Assembly: GCA_038060895.1 (NCBI GenBank)
Contig: JBBTCT010000007.1
Span: 1-64,000, forward strand
Length of the DNA: 64,000 nt
Source of the DNA: Planctomycetota bacterium
GTDB lineage: Bacteria; Planctomycetota; MHYJ01; WSZJ01
Direction of reading: 5' to 3'
Shown here: in pieces, positions 46,132 to 55,032 of the stretch
Position numbering within the stretch: position 1 is the first letter of the stretch
Layout: every line of letters begins with the position of its first letter
Notes under the pieces: generated by a model
Seen by the model: the letters and a program-made list of their open reading frames with translations, nothing else
The model's database searches: none
Told to the model about the DNA's origin: nothing
Made by a program: the position numbers and the translations under genes

Positions 46132-47117
46132 CGCCAGCCCTCCTCGATGCGGGCGCGGAGGGACGCGCGCGTGGACTCGGAAGCGAACGCGGCGTCCACG
46201 GCGTGAAGAACGGCGCGTTTCAGCTCGGGCTTGCCAAGGCCCAGCTCCTTTTCGGCCCGCTCGAAATCCTGCGTCAGGGTGCTCCCCTGCACGCCCGGGT
46301 CGTCCGTGTTCAGCGTCACTCTCACACCGTCGCGGAGAAATTGCGCGAAGGGGTGGTTGGCCATCTGGTCCACTGAATGGGTCATGAGGTTGCTGGTGAG
46401 ACACATCTCGAACGTCGCGCCGCGCTTCACGGCCTCGGCGAGCACCGCGGGATCTTCAACCACGTGAACCCCGTGCCCGATGCGCGTCGCGCCGAACTCC
46501 AGCGCTTCGCGGACGTTGGAAGCAGGGCCTGCCTCGCCCGCGTGGATCGTAATGGGCACGCCGAGTTTCCGCGCTTCGGCGAATCCTTCGCGATGCGCTG
46601 CGAGCGGCGAACGCTCGTCACCCGCGATGTCGAGCCCGACGACCCCACGGTCCCGGTACTTGTACGCGAGCTTCGCGGCGACCAGCGTGCGTTCCGGCGG
46701 AAAGTTCCGGATGCCGCAGAGGATCAGGCCGGATTTGACGCCGGTCTCCGCTTCGCCCTTCCGGAGACCCTCCAGCGCGCCTTCGACCGCTTCCTCGGGC
46801 GCGAATCCGGCATCGACCCAGAGCGTCGGCGAAAAGCGGGCCTCGAAGTAAATGACGCCATCGGCCTTCATGTCCCGGCACAGCTCGAGCGCCGCGCGTC
46901 GAAGCCCCGCGCGCGATCCCAGTGCCGGGAGAAAGAACTCGAAGGTCTTGAGGAATTCGGGAAGGGACCGGCAGGTCGCGGCGACGCGGCAGCGTGAAGC
47001 GGCATCCGGGGGCCAGGAAAGTCCTGCTTCCGCGGCGAGGGCGACAAGGGTCTCAGGCCGGACTGCGCCGTCGAGGTGGCAGTGGAGGTCGAGTTTGGGG
47101 AGGTGTTGGTAGGACAT
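46128..47117 (-). CDS. add: Adenosine deaminase
   Basis: LHCHLDG, HAGE, RIGHG, CLTSN and NTDDP motifs. Confidence 0.93.
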   Translation of the reverse strand: MSYQHLPKLDLHCHLDGAVRPETLVALAAEAGLSWPPDAASRCRVAATCRSLPEFLKTFEFFLPALGSRAGLRRAALELCRDMKADGVIYFEARFSPTLWVDAGFAPEEAVEGALEGLRKGEAETGVKSGLILCGIRNFPPERTLVAAKLAYKYRDRGVVGLDIAGDERSPLAAHREGFAEARKLGVPITIHAGEAGPASNVREALEFGATRIGHGVHVVEDPAVLAEAVKRGATFEMCLTSNLMTHSVDQMANHPFAQFLRDGVRVTLNTDDPGVQGSTLTQDFERAEKELGLGKPELKRAVLHAVDAAFASESTRASLRARIEEGWR

Positions 47118-47154
47118 GGCGGGTGGGTGGGTTTGAACGGGGGTTCGGGTTGGG

Positions 47155-47250
47155 GGTCTAAGGTCGATACGGGCGAAACCGGGCAATCCAGGTTCCGAAC
47201 ACTCCGAGCAGGACCTCATTCCTTCGACTTTCGACCTTAGACCTTCAACC
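47155..47250. repeat. Inverted repeat with 7-nt-period arm between PNP and add
   Basis: GGTCTAAGGTCGA (47155-47167) and TCGACCTTAGACC (47231-47243) form a perfect 13-bp inverted repeat; the arm reads CTTCGAC TTTCGAC CTTAGAC CTTCAAC. Confidence 0.7.
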
Positions 47251-48037
47251 TCGGCAACGTCGCTCGCACCAGTTTCGCGAACCGCTCGCTCACGGCTTCG
47301 CCCGTCTTCAGCACTTCCTTGTGATCGACCCCCGCGCCGGTCGAGCCGCCTGCGGCCGCATTGGTGATGCACGAGAGGCCCAGGACGCGGATCCCGGCGT
47401 GCCTTGCGGCAATCGTCTCGAGAACCGTGCTCATGCCGACGGCGTCGGCGCCCATGGCCGCGAGCATTCGGACCTCGGCGGGGGTTTCGTACTGCGGACC
47501 GGCCATGCCCGCGTACACCCCCTGCTTGAGCTCGACTCCACAGTCGCGCGAAGCGGCCAGCGCCGCTTCACGGAACGCCGGGTCGTACGCCGTGGACATG
47601 TCGACGAATGCCGGCATTCCCATGAGAGGGCTTTGTCCGGTCAGGTTGATCTGGTCCGAGATGAGCATCAGATCGCCGGCCGTGAATCGCGCAGCGACGC
47701 CGCCGGCAGCATTGGTGACCAGAAGGGCCTTCACGCCCCAGCGCGCCAGGCTCCGCACGCCGATCGTCACCTGCGTCGGCTCATACCCCTCGTAGAGGTG
47801 CCATCGCCCGCGCAGCAACGCGACCGTGCGCCCCGCGAGCTTCCCCACCACCAGCTGCCCCGCGTGCCCCGCCACTGTGCTCATCGGGAAGCCCGCAATC
47901 TGGTCGTACGTCGCGACGGTCTTCCCTTCCACTTGCTCCGCCAGCGCACCCAGCCCGCTTCCCAGCACAATCCCGATGTCCGGCGGCGCCCCGAATCGGT
48001 CGCCCAGCACCATGCACGGCGTCCTCGTGTCCGTCAT
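47237..48037 (-). CDS. punA: Purine-nucleoside phosphorylase (PNP-I/xapA type)
   Basis: VLGSGLG, GHAG, GRWHLYEGY, TNAAGG, GPQYETPAE and VGMST motifs. Confidence 0.92.
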   Translation of the reverse strand: MTDTRTPCMVLGDRFGAPPDIGIVLGSGLGALAEQVEGKTVATYDQIAGFPMSTVAGHAGQLVVGKLAGRTVALLRGRWHLYEGYEPTQVTIGVRSLARWGVKALLVTNAAGGVAARFTAGDLMLISDQINLTGQSPLMGMPAFVDMSTAYDPAFREAALAASRDCGVELKQGVYAGMAGPQYETPAEVRMLAAMGADAVGMSTVLETIAARHAGIRVLGLSCITNAAAGGSTGAGVDHKEVLKTGEAVSERFAKLVRATLPRLKV

Positions 48038-49407
48038 TTCCCGGCCTCCATCGCCCTTCGGATTCTCGCCCCCACATCCGTGTTGTCCAGCACGCCGGTG
48101 AAGTCGCCCGCGTGCGGGCCCCACGCGTAAATCGAGACGTCGCAGCCGTCGTGGCCTTTCGTGATGACGTGTGTCGCCTGCACCTCGACGGGTATGAATT
48201 GCACGCCGCTGGATTGGGAGAGGATGTGGCCGATGGCGTTCTGAAGCGCATATCGCTTCGCGTCGTCGGAAGCGCCCGGGACCGTTTCGACTTTCTTGCG
48301 CAACTCCTCGATCTGCGCGAGCATTTCGTCGCTGACCTCGAAGCCAGCGTGCTCGCGGACGACGTCGGCGAGCGGGCGCTTTCCCTCGCCGACGAGCTGG
48401 CCCATTTTTTCCGCGCTCATCGTGCGGGCGCGCAGGCGGTCGATCGCGACTTTTTCAGTGATTGCGAGTCCGGCCGTGGCGTGGTCGGCCGTCACCAGGA
48501 CGAGCGTGTTCCCGTCGCGCTCCGCGAAGGCGAGCGCCGCTTCCACCGCTTTGTCGAACGCGACGAGGTCTTTCACCATCGCCGCCGCGTCGTGCCCGTG
48601 GCAGGCCATGTCGATGCGGCCGCCCTCGATCATGAGGAAGAAACCGCTCTCCTTGTCGTGGAGGAGCTGAAGAGCCTTTTGCGTCATTTCCTCGAGGGAA
48701 GGCTGAACCGAGGCGTCGCGGTCCACCTCGTAGTCCATGTGGCGGTCGGCGAAGAGGCCGATGACGCGGCCTTCGCGGCAGTCGAGGAAATCGGCGCGAT
48801 TGCGGAGGAAGGACCAGCCCTTGTCGCGGAACTGCTTCTGGAGGGCTTCGGGGAAATAGACCAGGCCGCCGCCGAAAAAGAGATCGACCTCAGTTTTGAG
48901 GTAGTGCTCTGCGATGAGTTTTTCGCTACCGCGATCCTCGCAATGCGCGGTGAAAGCAGCGGGGGTGGCGTGGGTGACGGACGTGGTGGTGACGAGGCCG
49001 ACCGCCTTCTCCTTCTTGTGACACCACTCCGCGAGGACTTCCAGGTTGGTTCCGTCGGGCCCCAGGCCGAGAACATGATTCTTGGTTTTGCGGCCCGTGG
49101 AGTATGCCGTCCCCGCGGCCGCGCTGTCGGTCACGAGGGCGTTCGTGGAGTAGGTCTTCACGAGGCCGACGTAGGTGGTCTTCTCCATCGCGAGCCCCTC
49201 GTGCACGCCGGGCCCGGCGAGCCGCCCGAGCGTCACCTGTGACGGACCCATTCCGTCGCCGATCAGCAGGATCACGTTCTTCGCGGGCTTTTCCGGCTTC
49301 GGCGCCTCGGTGCCGCCGTCGTCGTCGCCGCCGAAAATGCCGCAGCCGGCGCAGGCGAAGAGCAGCGCGGCTCCCAACAGGACCAGCACGCTATCGCGAC
49401 GCTTCAT
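48034..49407 (-). CDS. Lipoprotein alkaline phosphatase (PhoA family)
   Basis: Lipobox 'CAGC'; NVILLIGDGMG, VTDSAAAGTA, HATPAAF, EGGRIDMACH and TADH motifs. Confidence 0.93.
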   Translation of the reverse strand: MKRRDSVLVLLGAALLFACAGCGIFGGDDDGGTEAPKPEKPAKNVILLIGDGMGPSQVTLGRLAGPGVHEGLAMEKTTYVGLVKTYSTNALVTDSAAAGTAYSTGRKTKNHVLGLGPDGTNLEVLAEWCHKKEKAVGLVTTTSVTHATPAAFTAHCEDRGSEKLIAEHYLKTEVDLFFGGGLVYFPEALQKQFRDKGWSFLRNRADFLDCREGRVIGLFADRHMDYEVDRDASVQPSLEEMTQKALQLLHDKESGFFLMIEGGRIDMACHGHDAAAMVKDLVAFDKAVEAALAFAERDGNTLVLVTADHATAGLAITEKVAIDRLRARTMSAEKMGQLVGEGKRPLADVVREHAGFEVSDEMLAQIEELRKKVETVPGASDDAKRYALQNAIGHILSQSSGVQFIPVEVQATHVITKGHDGCDVSIYAWGPHAGDFTGVLDNTDVGARIRRAMEAGK

Positions 49408-50314
49408 AGGGCTTCCCCAACGCCTCCGGTGCCCGGGCTCTTCCGACAAATCCGGCAAGAACGAGGATTGTAAGCAAGTACGGAAGACTTTGCGCGAGTT
49501 GAGGGTTGATCCGGTCCTGGAAGGCGATCTGGGCGCGTTCGGAGGCCGCGAAGAAGAGGCATGCGGCGGCGGCGCCGAGGGGGTTCCACTTGCCGGCGAT
49601 CATGGCGGCCAGGGCGATGTATCCGCGGCCGGCGGTCATGTTCTGGACGAACTGGGAGACTTCGACGGAGAGGGCGGCGCCGCCGAGGCCGGCGAGGGCG
49701 CCTGAGAAGGCGAGGGCTTTGAAACGGGTGCGGTTGGGGCGGACGCCGAGGGAATCGGCGGCGGCGGGATGTTCGCCGACGGCGCGGAGGCGGAGGCCGG
49801 CGACGGTGCGGTAGAGGAAGAACCAGACGGCAGGGACGAGGAGGAAGGCGAGCCAGGCGATGGGGGTGAAGGCGAAGGGGCGGATGCCCCAGCGGGGCAT
49901 GGGGGCGACGACGGCGGAGTTGGAAGAGGAATTGAAGACGAGGGTGCAGGCGAACTGCGTGACTCCCATGGCGAGGATATTGAGGGCGACGCCGGAGATG
50001 ATCTGGTTGGCGCGGACCTTGATGCAGACGACGCCGTGGAGGAGGCCCATGAGGGCGCCTGCGGCGACGCCGGCGGCGAGTCCGATCCACGGCGCATAGA
50101 ACCCGGCGTTGGCGGCGGAGCGGACGCCCTCGGCGCCGACGGGCTCGCAGGCGAACGTAACGGCCGTGGCGACGAACGCGCCGACGAGCATGATGCCTTC
50201 GAGCGCGATATTGACGACGCCGGAGCGCTCGCTGACCACGCCCGCGAGGGAGGCGAGGACGTAGGGAACGGCCAGGGAGAGCGTGCCGGCGATGATTTCG
50301 GCGGGGTGGCTCAA
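49391..50314 (-). CDS. Nucleoside ABC transporter permease
   Basis: SERSGVVNIALEG, GLRLRAVGEHP and GRGYIALAAM motifs; TTG start overlapping the upstream stop. Confidence 0.9.
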   Translation of the reverse strand: MSHPAEIIAGTLSLAVPYVLASLAGVVSERSGVVNIALEGIMLVGAFVATAVTFACEPVGAEGVRSAANAGFYAPWIGLAAGVAAGALMGLLHGVVCIKVRANQIISGVALNILAMGVTQFACTLVFNSSSNSAVVAPMPRWGIRPFAFTPIAWLAFLLVPAVWFFLYRTVAGLRLRAVGEHPAAADSLGVRPNRTRFKALAFSGALAGLGGAALSVEVSQFVQNMTAGRGYIALAAMIAGKWNPLGAAAACLFFAASERAQIAFQDRINPQLAQSLPYLLTILVLAGFVGRARAPEALGKPYEASR

Positions 50315-51438
50315 GTAGTTGCCGCCTTTCGGGCGAGCATTCTGCTGAACAGCTCGTTCCCGCAGATCACGAACAGGATCACCGCCGCCTGCAGGATCAG
50401 CACGATGTCCTTCGGTACGTCGTTCAGCAGCAGCCCCATCCGCTCCATCGCCCCGAACAGCAGGGCCGCGAGGATGATCCCCCCGGGATGGTTCTGCCCC
50501 ATCAGGCTCACGGCAATCCCGATGAACGCCGCCCGCGCGTACGACATCGCGTCGTCCTGCCGGTAGTTGTATTTCGTTCCCATCACAAGGTCCGTCGCCG
50601 CCAGTCCCGCAAGAGCCCCGGAAATCGCCATCGCCGTGATGGTCACGCGCTTCACGGAGATGCCCGCCGCCCGCGCAGCCTCCGGGTTGTGCCCCACCGC
50701 TCGCAGCTCGTACCCGCGGACGGTCCGGAAAAGAAAGACATGCATCCCGGCGGCCGCGAGGAGCGCAAGGAACAGCGATGCATTGACCTGCACGTGCTTC
50801 GGAAAGAGCCCGATGCCCATCAGCGGAGGATCCCCCGCTTCGGGTGGCGGGGCGTCCGCCGCGCGCGCGCCCAGTCGCGGCAACCGCGCCGACTGGCCGA
50901 TCGCGGGAAGCTGCGGCGTCATCCCCTCCTTTGCTTTCCACGTGCCGTTCGCGAGCGAATCGGTCACCGCGATCGCGCAGAAGTTCAGCATGATCGTGAT
51001 GATGACTTCGTGCGATCCGCGCCACGCCTTCAGCGCCCCTGCGATCGCTCCCCACAGCGCGCCCCCGAGCGCCGCCAGCGCGATGCAGGCCGGGATGGCG
51101 AGGATGGCCGGAAGCGCCGCGAGTTTCCACCCGGCCCATCCGCAGAGGATCGAGCCGACCATGATCTGCCCCATGCCGCCGATATTGAAGAGCCCCGCGC
51201 GGAACGCGACGGCGACGGAGAGGCCGGTGAAGATCAGCGGCGTCGCGTAGAGCAGAACGTAGGCGATGTCGTCCCGCAACCCATGCGCCTGCGTCGCGGC
51301 CGACAGGAGGTTTCGAACCACGGCGAACGGATTGTGGCCGACGACCGCCACGATCAGCAGGCCGAGCAGCGCCGCAGCGCCAAGCGCCAGGGCCGGAGCG
51401 ATCGAGCGGACAAGCGCGTCCTTGAGGAAGCGGATCAC
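50311..51438 (-). CDS. Nucleoside ABC transporter permease
   Basis: TPLIFTGLSVAVAFRAGLFNIG, HEVIITIMLN and GYELRAVGHN motifs. Confidence 0.92.
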   Translation of the reverse strand: MIRFLKDALVRSIAPALALGAAALLGLLIVAVVGHNPFAVVRNLLSAATQAHGLRDDIAYVLLYATPLIFTGLSVAVAFRAGLFNIGGMGQIMVGSILCGWAGWKLAALPAILAIPACIALAALGGALWGAIAGALKAWRGSHEVIITIMLNFCAIAVTDSLANGTWKAKEGMTPQLPAIGQSARLPRLGARAADAPPPEAGDPPLMGIGLFPKHVQVNASLFLALLAAAGMHVFLFRTVRGYELRAVGHNPEAARAAGISVKRVTITAMAISGALAGLAATDLVMGTKYNYRQDDAMSYARAAFIGIAVSLMGQNHPGGIILAALLFGAMERMGLLLNDVPKDIVLILQAAVILFVICGNELFSRMLARKAATT

Positions 51439-52925
51439 GCGCGGACTCCCGCCATCAGGACGCCGACTTTCTTCTCCGTCGCTTCGGACGCCTTGAGTTC
51501 GCCGGCGATCTGCCCGCCGAACATCACAAGCACCCGGTCCGCCAGCGCGAGGACCTCCGACAGCTCCGAGCTCACCAGCAGGACGGCTGCCCCGCGGTCC
51601 CGTTCCGAGACGATCGCTTTGTGGATGAACTCGATCGCCCCGATGTCCACGCCGCGCGTTGGATGCGCCGCGATGAGCAGTCGCGGCTGGCGCGACAGCT
51701 CGCGCGCGACGATCGCCTTCTGCTGGTTCCCGCCGGAGAGGGATTGGGCTTCGACGGAAGCGTCAGCCGGCCGCACGTCGAACTTCTTCACGAGGGTCGC
51801 GGCCTCGGCGTCCCGGGCGCCGGCTCGCACAAATCCGCGCTTCACGAATTTCACCTCGCGGTGCCGGCCCAGGACCAGGTTCTCCGCCACCGTGAATTCG
51901 CCGACCAGCCCGCGCTTCTGCCGGTCCTCGGGAATGATCGCGAGCCCGGCCTTGAACCACCCGGCCGGGGCCGCGCGCGAAAGGTCGATGCCACCCAGCG
52001 AGACGCTTCCGGCTTTCGCCGCGCGCAGCCCGGAGAGGCACTCCAGGAGTTCGCTCTGCCCGTTCCCCTCGACGCCCGCGATCCCGACGATCTCGCCGGC
52101 GCGCACGTCGAACGTCACGGGGCCCACTCCCGGCGCCTGCAATCCCTTGAGCGACAGCACGACGTCCGCCGGCTTCGCGGATTTCTTCTCGACCTTCATC
52201 AGGACCGCCCGCCCCACCATCATCTCGGCGATCTTTTCCTCCGTCACGTCCGCCGTCACCGCCGTCCCCGCCGTCGCCCCGCGCCGCAGCACCGTCAGCC
52301 GGTCCGACGCCGCCTTGACTTCCTTCAGCTTGTGCGTGATCAGCACCACCGTCCGCCCCTCGGCCTTCAGCTTCGCCAGCGTCGCGTACAGCTCTTCGAT
52401 CTCCCCCGGCGTCAGCACCGCCGTCGGCTCGTCCAGGATCAGCACCTTCGCCCCGCGCGCCAGCACCTTCAGGATCTCGACGCGCTGCTGCACGCCGACG
52501 GGCAGCGTTTCGACCTTCGCGCGCGGCTCGACGGCGAGTCCAAAGCGCGTCGACATCTCCGCGACCTCGTGCTCCGCCTGTGCCGTGTCGAACCACGGCC
52601 CGAGCCGCGGCTCCATGCCCAGGACGACGTTCTCCGCGACGGTCAGCGTGGGGACGAGCATGAAGTGCTGGTGCACCATCCCGATCCCGGCTGCGATCGA
52701 CGTCGCGGGCGAGAATGATTTCATCTCTTTCCCCATCACCCGCACCGTCCCCGCGTCCGGCGCATACATCCCGTACAGAATCTTCATCAGCGTCGACTTG
52801 CCGGCGCCGTTCTCGCCGACCAGCGCGTGGATTTCGCCTTCGGCCACGGTCAAACTCGCCCCGGAGTTCGCAACCACGCGGGGGAAGCGCTTTTCTATCC
52901 CGATCATTTCAATGGCCAGGTTCAA
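51435..52925 (-). CDS. Nucleoside/sugar ABC transporter ATP-binding protein (two NBDs; start uncertain, track start 52997)
   Basis: GENGAGKST, GMVHQHF, LDEPT, LSGGNQQK and PTRGVD motifs. Confidence 0.93.
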   Translation of the reverse strand: MNLAIEMIGIEKRFPRVVANSGASLTVAEGEIHALVGENGAGKSTLMKILYGMYAPDAGTVRVMGKEMKSFSPATSIAAGIGMVHQHFMLVPTLTVAENVVLGMEPRLGPWFDTAQAEHEVAEMSTRFGLAVEPRAKVETLPVGVQQRVEILKVLARGAKVLILDEPTAVLTPGEIEELYATLAKLKAEGRTVVLITHKLKEVKAASDRLTVLRRGATAGTAVTADVTEEKIAEMMVGRAVLMKVEKKSAKPADVVLSLKGLQAPGVGPVTFDVRAGEIVGIAGVEGNGQSELLECLSGLRAAKAGSVSLGGIDLSRAAPAGWFKAGLAIIPEDRQKRGLVGEFTVAENLVLGRHREVKFVKRGFVRAGARDAEAATLVKKFDVRPADASVEAQSLSGGNQQKAIVARELSRQPRLLIAAHPTRGVDIGAIEFIHKAIVSERDRGAAVLLVSSELSEVLALADRVLVMFGGQIAGELKASEATEKKVGVLMAGVRA

Positions 52926-53058
52926 GACCCGAGTCTCGGCGGATCGGCGAGGAAGTTCATGTGTTTTTTTCCAAAAGAGGATTGTTGCGAGCGGCATTTA
53001 ACGGGTAGGAAACAGATTTGTGGCAGTAGAAAGTGGTTAGACGGAAGGCGAACAGGTG

Positions 53059-53691
53059 TCATGTCGGCCGGCTCGGCAATGTCGAGGGCTCATGCGCATC
53101 CTCGAGCTCGCTCCTCAGTCGCTCAGCTGCGGCGGTGCCGCAAATGGAGCGGGCAGATTCGACGAGCGCCTGATTAGACCGGCTATGAATCAGGAATGCG
53201 ATGAGCGACCCTCGAAGGAAGGGGCGATCATTCATGAACTCCCGAAGAACCGTCTCGAGGGTCGACAGGACGCGCCGCTCAACCCCGAATGGGAGTACCA
53301 CCCTCCATACCAGGCTCAGCCAGAAGCGCATTCCTGACCAGCCGGAAGACTCGTCCCACTGATCGCCGACAAGTTCTTCGAGAAGTTCATTGATCGCATG
53401 AAATCTCTCCGTGGCGATCTCGCGATACGCCCAATCGGCAGGCGACCAGCGCAGCGTTCGCCGACTGAGCTCAAAGTCGCAACCATTGAGTTCGGCGTGC
53501 CTCCGGGCCGCGAGGTCCAGCCCCTCTTCCGAATTGGCGGTAGACAAGACACCGCGAACTTCGCCGTCGGTTTCGAGACAAAACGAATACAAGCGTTCGC
53601 CTTTTGCGAGGTCCTGCAGATCCTCCCAGGCACCGCGTATCGCGTCAGCCAGATCGCGGGCCAGTCGCATCCGATCGAGCTTGCGGGGCAT
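53059..53691 (-). CDS. DUF4303-like protein with atypical composition
   Basis: 'YSFCLETD...ANSEEGL...RWSPADW' pattern; more A/T-rich than the flanking operon genes. Confidence 0.65.
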   Translation of the reverse strand: MPRKLDRMRLARDLADAIRGAWEDLQDLAKGERLYSFCLETDGEVRGVLSTANSEEGLDLAARRHAELNGCDFELSRRTLRWSPADWAYREIATERFHAINELLEELVGDQWDESSGWSGMRFWLSLVWRVVLPFGVERRVLSTLETVLREFMNDRPFLRGSLIAFLIHSRSNQALVESARSICGTAAAERLRSELEDAHEPSTLPSRPT

Positions 53692-53726
53692 GTTCTTCCG
53701 TTCAAGCCGGGGATGGGGTTGACGCC

Positions 53727-54737
53727 TTATTTCGCAGGCACCTCGCGCTTTCGGTCGATGATCTCTTTCTTCAACGCCTGTAGTTTCGCTTCGACGTCAT
53801 CCGGGATCAGCGCCATGTTCTTCCCGTCTCGAACGTACCCGACGCCATCTTCCTTCAATCCGTATTCATGGGCCCCGGCCGAGAACTTTCCTTCCTTGTG
53901 CGCCTTGATCGTGTCGAAGACCACGACGTCCACTCTCTTGATCATGGACGTCAGCACGTGCCCGCCTTCCTCCCACTGGTCGCTGTCGACGCCGATCACG
54001 AAGTGCGCCACTTTCCCGTCTGCCTTGTTCCGTTCCTTTGCTTCCTCGAGCACGCCATTACCCGTCGAGCCGCTCGCGTGGAAGATGATGTCCGCGCCGG
54101 CCCCGTATTGAGCGCGCGCCAGCTCTTTCCCCTTGACCGGGTCCTTGAATGCATCGGGCGTCAGCCCTGCAAAGTTCGCGATCACCTCACATTCGGGGTT
54201 CACCGCCTTCACGCCCGCCGTGTAGCCGGCCTTGAACTTGTGAATCAACGGGATGTCCATCCCTCCCACGAACCCGACTTTCTTCGTCTTCGTCGTCAGC
54301 CCCGCGATCGCCCCGACCAGGAACGCTCCTTCTTCCTCCCGGAACTTGATCGCGCTCACGTTCGCCGGGACCTGCGGCTTCGCCCCGAGGTCGTAGTCGA
54401 TGCACGCGAACTTCTGCCCCGGAAAATCCTTCGCGACCGTGCAGATCGAGTCCGTGAACAGGAACCCCACCCCGAACACCAGCGGCGCCCCGCCTTCCGC
54501 CATCGACCGAAGCGACGCTTCGCGGTCATTGTTGGTGGGCTCCTTGTACGCGAATTCCACCTGCAGCTCCGACTTCGCGCGCTCCAGCCCGCGGTAGGCC
54601 GCGTCGTTGAAAGATTTGTCACCGCGGCCCCCGACGTCGAAAACCAGCGCGATGGGCGCCACCTTGGGCGACTTTTCGGCCGGGCCGCAGGAGGTCAAAG
54701 CCACCGTCACGAGCGAAAGCCACGCAGCGCGCTTCAT
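53727..54737 (-). CDS. BMP-family nucleoside ABC transporter substrate-binding lipoprotein
   Basis: Lipobox 'LTSC'; GGRGDKSFN, FREEEGAFLVG, IGVDSDQ and TSMIKRVD motifs. Confidence 0.95.
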   Translation of the reverse strand: MKRAAWLSLVTVALTSCGPAEKSPKVAPIALVFDVGGRGDKSFNDAAYRGLERAKSELQVEFAYKEPTNNDREASLRSMAEGGAPLVFGVGFLFTDSICTVAKDFPGQKFACIDYDLGAKPQVPANVSAIKFREEEGAFLVGAIAGLTTKTKKVGFVGGMDIPLIHKFKAGYTAGVKAVNPECEVIANFAGLTPDAFKDPVKGKELARAQYGAGADIIFHASGSTGNGVLEEAKERNKADGKVAHFVIGVDSDQWEEGGHVLTSMIKRVDVVVFDTIKAHKEGKFSAGAHEYGLKEDGVGYVRDGKNMALIPDDVEAKLQALKKEIIDRKREVPAK

Positions 54738-54856
54738 CGTCTTCTCCCTTGTTCCCTGATCCTTTGACGGCCGGAATGCCTCATTGAAACGGCTGCGCGG
54801 GCACTTCGGGAGGAAAACCCTCAAGCCCCCGCGCTCGCCCCGCCGATAGCCCTTCC

Positions 54857-55021
54857 ATGCAGCACTTCCTGTCCCGGCTGTTCGACGCGCCCAACACGGA
54901 AACTCCGGTGAGCGATGGCGGCGATCCTTCTCCTGCCGCGTTCTGGCTCAAGTCCTTCTTCGCGGGACTGGTCGTTTCGGCGCCGGCCTGGATGTCGCGG
55001 GTGGCGGCGTTCCTCTTCTAG
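54857..55021 (+). CDS. 54-aa small membrane protein (not in the ORF track)
   Basis: MQHFLSRLFDAPNTETPVSDGGDPSPAAFWLKSFFAGLVVSAPAWMSRVAAFLF; GC3-rich codons; fills the intergenic gap. Confidence 0.5.
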   Translation: MQHFLSRLFDAPNTETPVSDGGDPSPAAFWLKSFFAGLVVSAPAWMSRVAAFLF

Positions 55022-55032
55022 GCCGGTCCGGC

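Noticed and set aside
54738-54856. Possible purine riboswitch upstream of the BMP gene
   Set aside because: No recognisable purine-riboswitch core seen by eye; an Rfam/Infernal scan would be decisive.
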